Shown here one piece after another: positions 27,433 through 38,600 of a stretch of 64,000 bases of DNA (its first letter is position 1; each line of letters opens with the position of its first letter). Below the pieces are notes generated by a model. It did no database searches and was not told the DNA's origin. It saw only the letters and a list, made by a program, of their open reading frames with translations. The translations under genes were made by a program, and so were the position numbers. The stretch comes from Takakia lepidozioides (Eukaryota; Plantae; Bryophyta): assembly GCA_030704615.1 (NCBI GenBank), contig CM060731.1:49166001-49230000 (forward strand), given 5' to 3'.

Positions 27433-28001
27433 CAACGACGCAATGGCGTGAGCGTTGCACGTGAGCGTGCGAGCGTACGCTCACGCAGGAGTGACGTGAG
27501 CGTACGCTCACGCCAGCTGACGTGGCGTGAGCCTGCACACACACTGACGTGGCGTGGCGTGAGCGTCATGTCAGCATGCTGATGTGGCGGTAAATGATGA
27601 CGTGGCACTGTCCGTCAACTGCCACGTCAGCATTAACATGCGCCGCCTATAACCGTGGATGGTCCTATTACCGTGGAATTAATGCAGGGAATCTTGCCTA
27701 AATAGAATCAAGACGAGCGTTGAGGCCTAATTGCAGCATCCAACATTGTGCAATTACAAATGCTTGTTTCACTTTTACAATTACGAAGACGACAAAATAT
27801 CCTCACAAAGTGTGCGCCATAAAGGCTGCCACGAGAAGACTTCCTCCCTCCTCAAATAACAATGAGAGTTATGATCATCTTCAAAAGATGATTGTAGTGC
27901 ATAGCGACAGCAAGACATGTAGACTTCGAACGGTGCAATGACAAATGTGCACTACCTAAAAGTTGTCACTCAGACCTCACTCCGTATAGTTGGAGGCCAT
28001 A

Positions 28002-31000
28002 TCATTGCACAGCCGACGAATTGATGTGAATTACACATTTCAAATCATGGTCATCCACATACCACATTACATAGTTCATGCTACCCATGTGTTGTATCCG
28101 CTGCAAAAGAGTATCGACCTCGTTGAAACTCATAGTGGCCTGGTGAATGAAGTTGTCACGTTTGGGATCGCAAACCATCCTCCTCAAAAATATGAAATAC
28201 AAATGTTTGCAGGGTATGAATTTACCTCTCTTGCCCAAACTGGTTGATAGCATATTCACAAAATCAGGACATGTGCAATTGGGGAAATTGGAAACCGTGA
28301 TGTCGTAGGTCCTGTCATGAACAGCAGATGTGGAAGTGATGATTGTGAATACCCGACCATATCCTGGATCGGGTACTTCCGTGGTGCTTCCAACACGAGC
28401 TTGGAGCATTCTTGCGGACTCCACTTTGCCAAAGTGTTCAGCGGTTGGAGGGAAACGCCGAACGAGCTTTCCATCTCGTTTGGTTGGCCACAAGTCAGGA
28501 TTTGCCGGGGGGACCCGGGAGGACGCAGGAGTAGTAGCACATGCATGGAGTTGGGGTTGTCTCGCAAGGGAAAAACCTGCCTCCTCCAGCATTTCAATCT
28601 CCTGAAAGCTGAGATGTGTTTCCCACCTTCACGGGCCAAACGGTTGGAGGAGATGGCTTCATCACTACGGAAGGACGCACAGTTCCATGCACACATCTGG
28701 CACAATCATCTGCGCAGAACCAGAACTTGTGGTTCTTGGCTTCTGGTTGACCGTATGGACGCATCAAGCCCGTGAAAGTCGGAGCAGGAGTTCGGGCACC
28801 ACCTCTGGATATAGATGAAGTGCACTTCTCGAAATTAGTTGCCCTGATCGCTGTACATTTCACACGAGACCCGACACTTGTGCGTTCTATGTGCCAAACG
28901 TGGTCGGGGGCATGCGGACTCAAGCACATCAAGGGGGGTTGTTTCTCTCCTGCACCATTTCAGTGGCACGGTTTGATGCTGGAGCTTGCCGTCGTGTTGG
29001 AGGTTCCTCCACAATGGAGGTTCCGGACATGGAGCTGTCATGCAGGGGAACACGAGGCTTCGAGAAGTTATCACGGTCTGCCCTGTGGGAATCTGAATCC
29101 GAACCAGGTGGAGTGTTCAATTTCCTCTTACAGGAGCCGAATCTCTCCTCCCCTTCAAAGTGTGGAACTCTAGAAACAAAGTGGCGTTCCCTGGGCATAC
29201 ATGCTCACCGCCCGTGCTATCTTGATTGGATCCCCAGATCTGTTTGCAGCACGCAACATCAACTCCCATTTGTCCGGACCCTTGCCACCAACCCCACCTC
29301 GTAAGAAATCACGGTATCGGGTTTGTTGTTGCAAGGCACGTATCAAATCATCTGTTGTTGCCACATACAAATCCCGACCTCGTTTCCCAGACTGCTGCAA
29401 CCATGCATTGTGCACAGTTTCTGCCAAATTGCAAGATGGCATGTCCGCCATTTCCTCAATGGACATGTTCTGCAAAGAGGATAACCACACTTCAGAATAG
29501 TGCACAGGAAACAACATAAAGAAAGCAATGAGTCAAAAATATGGAAAGCAAATGTATGAATAAAGCATGAAATAGAAGCCTCGTACCATTGTCATGGCTG
29601 CTCCCCACTGTCTATACCGGAAGTGCCAAACGCCAGCCAATCTTCCAATGCTCTCATACTCTCAAGTGATGCAGCTCCAGAAGAGAACCACCAGGCACGA
29701 ATTGTCTGGAACAAAGTGTCCGCCTCCTTCATTGTTCTAGCATCTTTGTACTCTTTGCACAATTTACGGTGCTGAGTCTGCATCTCTGGTTTGATGTCCG
29801 ACTTTGTATGTTTTTCCAGAGATTGTGTCCAATGGAATAGACATGTACGCTCTCTTCCTGGCATAGGCACTTTTGGGTCGCCCGATCCGAAGACAATACG
29901 AACAGCATTGAAATTTGCTTGAGCACTATCCGCCATGAAACCTGCGAAATTTGGAGATGGCAGCCCATGGCAGCCCATGACACGTATCAGGGAATTCCAC
30001 ATGAGCTTCTGGGATTCCGTATCCTCGGATTGCATGTCACAAACTGCAATTGTCATAACTCGTTGGTACACTGGATCGTAGACATGACAAGCCATTGTCG
30101 TCCAATCCTTCACTCGTTTCACATGATCAAACATAAGAAAACAGTTCTGCAAGTCCCCAGTCTTCTGCATCCGCTTCACGAGGCTAACCCCCTGCCCTCC
30201 CCAACAGTCGACATTTTGAAAAGAAAAACTTTGATGGCACCTTGACCTGGGAATACATTGTCCTGGATGTAATCGTACTTGCTCACTCGTTTCAATTCCA
30301 AAATATTGTCTATGTAGCCTCTGATCCCAGAGCCCATTCTCAATGCATTGATCTGATGCCGAATGTTAGGTGAACTTAAAGTGGAGAAATGATCCATGAC
30401 CAGGTCCAATGCTGCACCGTCAAGTTTAGTCCCCACAGAATCTCCTTCACTCAAAATATGGCTTTCCAAGAAGGACTTGCTTGCGCCAAGAGCAATTGCA
30501 GATGTTGTTGCGGATGGGTTTCTCCCGAACTCCTTTGATCAACCTCGATACTGTCTCAACACTCTCCCTGTAATCCCCCTTCGAGACAGGATGGTTATGG
30601 AATCCAAAATGCACACAAGCTCTCGTCATTGTATTCAAACGGTGGACAACATAGTACATTCTTGCTCCGCAGAGCGCCAAGCAGGATGGCACAAGTTTGC
30701 AGAATTTGCAGACGAAAGTGTTTGCCGGTGGAGGGGCAGTCCCAGGCTGAAATGGATTCTCCGCCAGACCCTCCCATTCGCTTTGATTATGAACCCAGAC
30801 TGAAGAAAGTGTCTGCAATTCAAATTATCACACCTAAGGTGTCCATTGCAAACTGTCCTCCTGAAAACAAGCTTGTCATCATTCTGAATATTGGATGTTT
30901 TTTGTTCTGCACCACGGGTGCCCGTCGTGTTTCTTGTCCATTCCATGCATCATGATTGTTACACCTCCAACTCGCGGAGGAGGAGGCAGCTCGAATAGGA

Positions 31001-31600
31001 TATCGCCATCAAAAGTCTCCGGCAAGAACTTCACAGGCACCTGCTTCAAAGATTCCCAATCAATTCCCCGCAACTCACTTTTGAATCCAGCCATTCCTCC
31101 CATCGCCCGCAATTTTGGAATGACACTACAAATCTCTTCTTCATCAGCTTCTGCAACCACAGTAGGAAGGACTGGATTTGGAATTTCACTTATGTCATCA
31201 TCGGAAGAATCCGAAAGCTCAACGATTGGAGTGGAGGAAGTCTGTTCTTTTTTCACCACCACCTCCCTCTTGTCTTCAACGACCGAAGCAGCAGTCCCGG
31301 GCGTCACATATGACCCAAGGGACTTTCGCCGAGGCTCTCCAAGTACTCTGTATCGACCAGGACGCACTCTCCACTGGCTGATATGAGCCGTCTCATCACG
31401 GTTTTGGAAAGAATATTTCACCAACTTCCCTTTCAGATCGTAAACCTCTTTCTCCAAAAAGATGGAGCCATTCTGCAGCTGAAAACGGGTAGCCAGACAT
31501 GTTCCAGAACAATTGCAAATCCATTGTCAAGGACTTCCTGGGAGAACGGCACTGGTTTGTCGTCTGAGAAAACTCCGCTTCAGAGGAAGCCATCTTCCTT
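28002..31600 (-). pseudogene. MULE transposase (GCM/WRKY-like Zn finger, DDE core, SWIM), frameshifted
   Basis: N-terminal HDGHPWC...VCNGHLRC...CKFC...C...HFGFHNHP. DDE core: FLMFDHVK, FMADSAQA, CLFHW (CxxH), SCNLAETVH. C-terminal SWIM: CTCPDF...CKHLYF. The coding sequence is split over several frames and has one short intron at ~29500-29590. Confidence 0.88.
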
Positions 31601-32819
31601 CCTCGAGTATGTTTGTACCTTGCTATCGCAGATCTAGTGTAAATCGGTTTACTGCTGTCTCCAGAACACAGTTGAAGAATGAGCAGAGAATATGGCGGAG
31701 GAAGCTCAGATAACGACTGTGCATATTCTGTTATTCATTCCAGATATGCAGCCGTCCATTTTAATTACTTTTCTTGTGGGCCCAGTGGTCAGAGTATCCC
31801 TAGGGGCAGTGTCGGCAACTGTTAAACCGTTAATCAGAACCTCATCAATAAACCCAATAACAAAGCCGACTTCCTGGAAGCATGCCACAGGATCTGAGAA
31901 TGGGATTGCAGATTAAGTAAATGTATCTATATACTACTACCAATGATCATGCGCACCTGGAAAGTTCCAAATGTGAAACGAATGTGGGGTTTGGATAACA
32001 AGGATGACCGTGTATGATATTCCAAAAATGTCATCAAACTCTCGTTCATTTATATTTATTTGTTTAAGACTGCGCATCAATTTCTGGGATTCGCTGTTTT
32101 TAAATATTGAACCGTTATAATAAAGAACACGCCGTTTTTTTTGGGCGGCACACGTCAGACATCCATAACTGAATACGAACAGCTGTACACCAATTGCTGG
32201 CATGTGCACTAATAAGGAAACGACTATGTGTAACGGTCACGCGGGAGGGAATCCGATGCTTCTAGAGACACGCAAGAACACAGGCAATCCCGCAAGAAAT
32301 CGGGAGTCACTGCGTTTTTTTTTACTTTTCGCGCTTAGAGGGAGAGTGGTAGTCAAGCTGGAGAGGGTTCCTTCTAGAATACGAAAGAGAAGAAAGTCTC
32401 TTTATTTTACTTCCCTTAGAGAGAGACGCAGAGCAAGAGAGAAAATGACGAGGCGTCGTTTGTTGGAGAACACAGGGCCAAGGCAGCAGGTGAACGCGGA
32501 GACTGATTCACAAGAGCAGACGGAGACTGAGGCAGCGGCTGCGACACAGTCGGCGATAAGAGTGCGCCAGCCTGTGGAGGCAGAGATGATTCGCAGGGAC
32601 ACTGAAGAAGGTGGAAGCACGCGGAACGCCGAACCTGGAGAAGGTCAAGAAACCCTTGCGCAGACAGAAACTCCAGCAGATGTGAGAGGAAGAGGAAAGC
32701 TGCAGAAGGGGATCAAATTTCAAAACCTAAGAAGGTGCCAGTAAGTTTTATCATATAGTCTGTCTGATTGCCTTTCAAGGAGTCCTTCCTCCATTCTTTA
32801 GCAGGAACTACTGAATCGC

Positions 32820-33134
32820 GAGCGTCGTTAACGCCATTCGATTCTCTCATGAGATTTATGTACCTATGTGTTTGAAGAGAGAGTCTGCACTTACTATTCT
32901 CCCTAAACTACACTGAATGTCGTTGCCGCCAATCAGTTGCACATGTATGTCATTACACAACACCGATCCGGCAGGTTGTTATCTTTTGTGATTGTCGTTA
33001 ACGCCGTTCGCTATCGCTCTCGCTTTTGTTTTGAATACGGCAGTCTCGGCTTTGCATGTGTAGATTGTGCTGAATTCTTTCACACCATTCATGGTGAGTT
33101 TTCTTGATACAGAGTGATGTCGTTACCGCCATTC
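32820..33134. repeat. Intron-1 array of degenerate GAATGTCGTTGACGACATTC palindromes (4 copies)
   Basis: Copies at 32820, 32915, 32990 and 33115. Confidence 0.7.
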
Positions 33135-34984
33135 ACTATTTGCAAATCACTTAGTCAGAACTGAATGCATCGTGCAGAAAACTGTGAGGTCGAAGCCTAC
33201 AGGATCAGAGGGGAAAGGATCTGGAGATGGGGACGAGTCCGCAAAAAGCTCAGAGAATACAGATGAAGCAGATGAATCCGAAGTGCACTACCTTGACAAG
33301 GTGAAAGAACTCATGTCATTCCAGAAGGTAAACTCTCAGGAGGTTATAAGGGACATGCTCGTATCTGGAGGGCGTCTGGACATACCTCTGTGCCGGATGA
33401 TGATATCAATGCCTGTTGTGCGTCCACCTCTTTCCCATGACATAACAAAATTGGAGAGTGATTTTGTGCATGGATATAGACTTGGTGCACAAGTTTTTTA
33501 TGTGTCACTGACGGATATAAATGGGAAAAGCACATTAGTTTCTCCAGAGATCAGTGATAACTGGGATGAGTGCTGGAAAGATGCCAATGAGGAGTTCGAG
33601 CTGGGCCTCATGATGGGAAAGAACACCCAGCAATTCTGCAACCACATGTTCTACGTCTGGGACGGCAACCACCGATTTGCTGCATGGATGGGATACATTC
33701 AGAAACACCATTCGAAAGACAAAGACAAGCATGTTGCTGTGGAGGCAATGGTTTTGGATCCAGGAAACGACATCGCTAGGCTTCTTACAGCTATGCACGA
33801 CGTGAACAAGTAAGTCATCCAGGAGATTTCATTCCCTCTGTAGTGTCTTGTTAATCCTCAAAAAACAGTGTTAAGGAATGCAATGTTTCCAATGTTTTTG
33901 CAGATCGACAGAGAAATCGCATGTGACAACAAGCTTGGTTCACACACTATTCCGAATTCAGAGGATTGGTCTGATGAAGCTGGATGATTTTCGGACAGTA
34001 CTACCACCCAATATCATCAAGAAGTGCGAAACAGGAAGAGCTGCAGGCACTTGGTATTCTTTGACACGAGAGGCGTTTCTGGAGTACATGTATGCGGTAA
34101 GCCCGAGTCTGTAATCTGTTTACTTTTCGAATACATGTTTTGTAGTCCCTTTCGGAGCTAATCACTACTTGAATGAATGCAGCAAGAACTGGCAGAGGCA
34201 GCTGAGAAGGGAAAATCCGAATATTACCGCACTACACCAGAGGAACTAAGGACATCAAAGGGTGTGGAAGCTGCAATAAAGAAGGAGTTTGAGATGCGAA
34301 GAACCAAATTGATGTCAGCCTTCGGAAAGCAGCTTAGAATAGTAGATCCTGGACTTGGTCCTGAGTTCCTTCAGCAGATCAAAAACACACTATGACAAGC
34401 ATGTGCATCCGGAGATGCAGCAGGAGAAATTGCACCGGCTGGCCATATCGATGGTCGACCCACAAACAAAAATAAGGTGGCTGGAGATATGGAACTCAGA
34501 TCAAACAGTAAAGGACTTGAATCAGTTCCCAAAGAGCACCATACAGCCTGGCACAAAGGTGGAAGGAATCAGTGATTTGTGTGTTTGATAACTGGCTCCA
34601 CAAGGCTACATTTTGGAGTCAGGTGTGTATTCGAACATGCTGTTTCTTCTCTTCAAGTATGTGATGTGTATCTTTTTTGCAATTCTGACAAATATACTAT
34701 TTGCAGCTCGAAAAGCGCGCCGTCATTGTGCTGGATCAGACTTTGAAGGACCTGAACATTGCGATTGTTTCCCCTCCCCAAATGTCATTGGAGGCATACA
34801 TAAGGAAGTGGAGAGGTCTCACCTGGAGATACTGTTTTTTCCGGGAGTTCTCCAAAGATGGTAACATTTTACGGTCCAACGACTTTGACAGTCAGGTTGG
34901 AGGAGAGTGGGCCATGATGCATGAAATGTCTTGGCCGGGAATGTCCCCGGGTCATTGTCCCTGATTAGAATTGATAATGTCCTT

Positions 34985-35578
34985 GAATGGCGTTGACGAC
35001 ATTCACATACGGAGTTGTTGAGAGGTCCTCAAGTTATTTAAATTTTTGTAATGTCCATAGAGGTTACAGTGAGGGTTCCTCACTTCATTTTGCTGAATGT
35101 CAATGCAGACATTCAGTTGTTCTGCATTGTTTTTGCCTCTTGCGAATGGAGGCTTGATAAGCTCTGTTTTAAGAAATCCAAAGTGAATGTCGTTGACGAC
35201 ATTCACAGCTGTGTCTGTATTATTCAACAGCGACAAATTCAATTTACATGGATTGGGGAGCTAAGTAATTGGTTTCTTTTTTGTATTTTGTGAATGGCGT
35301 TGACGCCATTCACATACAGTGATGTTGTGAGGTCCTCAGTGATAGGTTCGTTATGAATGTGCATTGAGTTTTCCTGGAGGGTTCCTTACTCAATTTTTTG
35401 ATTTCCATCCTGTGATTTTGCTTCATTTAAGTAATAATTTGGCTTCATTCTTGAATGTCGTTGACGACATTCACTTCTATGTCTGTGTCATTTCTAAACG
35501 ATTATTTGCATTCACCTGGATTAGGATGTATTTACAGTGTCATGGAATGGAATGTTCTGAATGGCGTTGACGACATTC
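34985..35578. repeat. Intronic array of 20-24 bp palindromes (6 copies)
   Basis: Copies at 34985, 35095, 35185, 35292, 35453 and 35559. GTGAATGTCGT-TG-ACGACATTCAC (35183-35206) and GTGAATGGCGT-TG-ACGCCATTCAC (35290-35313) are perfect inverted repeats. Confidence 0.9.
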
Positions 35579-38500
35579 ATATCTGGAGCAGTAGTGTGGT
35601 CCTGAAAGGTCCTTGGAGCAGTTGTCAGAGCCATTTCAATCCATGTTTTATTCTTTCTGTTCTACTTGCATCTTACTCACTGAGCGCTTTTGTGGGTTGG
35701 GATTTATCTCCTTTTTTCAGGTACACGAAATATGTGCTTATGGAAGGAAATCACCTGAGCGGAATTCCCGACTATCTTGACATGTGGTCGGACCCTGCAA
35801 ACGATCCAACCATGTATACTGCAGGGATATTGAAGGACTGGAGTCCTTCTCACTTCAGAGACTGTGGGTGGTACCTTGACTGCCCACCTGAGCACACGAC
35901 CTTTCAAGAACAGCATATGAAATACTTGAACAATAACGCTGAGATGCTGGCGCCTTTGACTGACGAAGAGTATCAACGAAACATAGCAACCTTGGCTGCC
36001 AAGGAGCCTGATGCTCAGGGAACGCCGCAGAAGGGAAAGAAGGCGGGCCGCAAACCAAAAGACAAGGCTGTTGATGTCATAGCCATCTCACCAGCAAAGC
36101 CAAAGGACAAAGACAAGTCCAAAGAGAAGGAAAAGGACAAGGGGAAGGAGAATGAAAAGGAGATGGAGAGTGGGCAGGACTTAGTGCTGGAAGATATACC
36201 CGCACTCTTCAGTGCGTGTTCGATGCCAAGCCACACCCTTCCCGTTCTGATTCAGCAGGAGAGATGAAAATTGTTAATGAGGGTTGGCTTTCGATGATGC
36301 AGAGTCGAAAGAGAGGATACACTGGGGTGCCATCCCCTACCTGGACAATATAATCTCATTCCTCAATCTGGTGAGAATTCCAGTTTCTTTCCTTTTTCTC
36401 TGAAAGTTTCGTTTGGCAGTATTTCAGTCTCGTTCTTTGAAAACATTCTTGCCATCGTTCTTATAAAAAACATGTCTGTTGCAGGTGAGCACAGGTCCCA
36501 CCTTCGTGTGCGGTGTGCAGAAAACTTATGCGGCCGACATTGTCATTCTCGACATCCCGGATGGCCAGGCTGTGCCAGAAGTTCTTCCAAAGGGCAAGAC
36601 GCCATGGAACAAATTCGAGGACAACTACTGGAGTTGGGTGTTCGGGTTCTGTACAATTTCCTCTCTGATGCAGGGACACTTCTGCTTTTTCAGTCATGTG
36701 ACAATGATAGTCGTCGGGCATTGGCATCATACCTCAAGTCTTCAGGGTTTGAAGTTTTGCGCACATGGAATTGTGTGAACAGCCTCTACCTTGTGAAAGG
36801 GGGTTTCCCTGGTCAGCTGGTATGCCGTCTCCCTTCTGCTTGTGCTTTGATCATGAGTTTCAATTTTCTCTGCAGCTCCACTCTAGTAGAATGTTTATGA
36901 TCGACACCGATCATCAACGATTCATGTTTTTTTTGTGTCAGAGTTCTGAATAGCCGATGTACACACTTCCACTTAGATTGTGTTTACCACACTAACCTGC
37001 TATCTTTGCAGACGAGGATGTTCGAGGCGATCTGCCTGCGGAGGATTCGCACATCAAAGACACCATCCTCCATCCGCAGCTTTGAGATTTCTGACCAGGG
37101 TTGTTTCGTCAACCCCCCCTATGAGCCCCATGTCGATGACATTTTGTACAACTTCATGCAGTCCAGTCAGACTCTGAAGAGACCAGATGGCACTCCCTGG
37201 AGAGGTGTAAAGGAAAAGTCACCAGCATTCATGCAAATACTGCTGGAGTCATGCAGCCACCGCTCTGCACGGGTGGTCGATCTTTCTGTGTCCACAGGTT
37301 CGTTTTTTCCCTTCCGAATTGGTTTCCTTTCAACAGTTTCATCTGCTTAAATCCCCCCCTCCAAACTGTTCATGTTCTCCTGTCTGGTGCAGGAGCAACT
37401 TACCACGCATGCAAGGCAGGCGGAAGAAGCCTTTTTGGCATGGAGGGTGATTCTGACCTCTACAACACCGTGCTCCCCCTTTTGTCTGGCTCCACTTCAG
37501 GCACACAGACTGATCGGATTCAAATTCGAAATGATGACGATCCCGAAGAAGAAGCAGGTCGACAACGATTTTTCATGTGAGTAAGTGCTAAACCCTCTTT
37601 GGGAGTCATACTCAATTTCTCGATAACATCAAAGTTACAGTAATAACTTTTTCAGGCTGTCTTTCAGGAAAGGCCGGTGGATCTTCAGGAGATACAGTCA
37701 TTCTGGCGAGTCTGTTTTCGACAGCCCCCTTTCCAATTTTCTGCTCCCTGTTTATGCCGAAGCAATGGCACTTCACGCGGCCGAGTCCCTATCCCTGACT
37801 TTTTAGTGGCCAGCCGTAGGTGTATCCAGCGTGGATCCGGTGTTCTAAAATACTTAGACTTAGATGCAGAGGAAGAGGGGATACATTGTACTGACTCTGA
37901 GTCAGACTGAACTGTATTCTTTTAATATTCATTTTCATATTATCTGGAAAACGTTGAATCCCCTTCCTCCACCGTAGTTGTTCCTTTAGAACAAATAATA
38001 ATCACAGAATCAACTTTCGTTTAAATTGCTATATGTATGAATCCATCTCACAAACCTTCCTGACTCTTCTCATATCCATTGTGCATTCATCTACACTGTA
38101 TTCATGCGTGCTCCATTCATGAAAGCTTCCTTTGTACAACATCCATTGTACATTCATCCTCTGTATTAATCCACCCCACAAACCTTCCACACTCATTTCA
38201 TATACTTTGTGCATTCGTCAAAAGATTTGGTCATGCATCTTCCTGTCATGAATTTTTGTCATTGCTCAACATCCATTATACATTCATCCATTTTACTCTT
38301 ATCCATCGTCATTCATCCATCTACATACATTTTTCACATTCATCCATCTGTTTATCATCCAACTGTACATTCATCCATCCTTTATTCAATGACTTTTATT
38401 ATGTCGTCCAGCTTGTTTCCGCGGTAAAGGGTGCCAATCCGGGAATACACTCCACTTCTTTCTGGGCGCGTGGTGACTCGGCCTTCACGTGTGATGACGT

Positions 38501-38600
38501 GGACTGAGCCCCGTGACGTGGCATTTGCGCAAGGTGACGTGGCGTGAGCGCAGTTGCGCTCACGCGCCCACGTGACCAGGCTCACGCCGAGGCATCCCTG

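Larger units (their letters stand above)
32445..37910 (+). pseudogene. Spliced gene encoding a ParB/Srx-like N-terminal domain plus a beta-class N6/N4 DNA methyltransferase-like domain
   Basis: About 10 exons (e.g. 32445-32740, 33178-33809, 33904-34096, 34183-34558, 34707-?, 35721-36369, 36485-36819, 37012-37297, 37393-37577, ~37667-37910). ParB motif FYVWDGNHRFAAW at 33661. MTase motifs occur in beta order: ADIVILDIPDG (IV), FLSDAGTLLLF (VI), GFEVLRTW (VII), EKSPAFMQILLESCS..SARVVDLSVSTGATYHAC..GRSLFGMEGD (X-I-II). A few single-base frameshifts. Confidence 0.75.
27433..38600. mobile_element. Full-length 11.2-kb Mutator-like element (MULE) with cargo gene
   Basis: The flanking direct repeat ATCCAGGTC(CAACG) lies at 27424 and 38601. 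Imperfect TIRs are CAACGACGCAATGGCGTGAGC and revcomp CAGGGATGCCTCGGCGTGAGC. Excision restores the gag frame QPVGPGLSG. The element encodes a MULE transposase. Confidence 0.88.

Noticed and set aside
34985-35578. CRISPR-like array (palindromic repeats with spacers)
   Set aside because: Spacers are long, uneven and related to each other (higher-order ~270-300 bp duplication). No cas genes are present, and the array sits in a spliceosomal intron.
37111-37122. NPPY as the MTase catalytic motif IV
   Set aside because: It falls in the variable region between motifs VIII and X. The beta-class order places motif IV at DIPD (36551), so this is probably coincidental, though a structural model should confirm it.
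32445-37910. Bacterial or phage contamination explaining the ParB-MTase
   Set aside because: The gene has multiple GT-AG introns and lies inside a eukaryotic MULE with a TSD in a retrotransposon gag.
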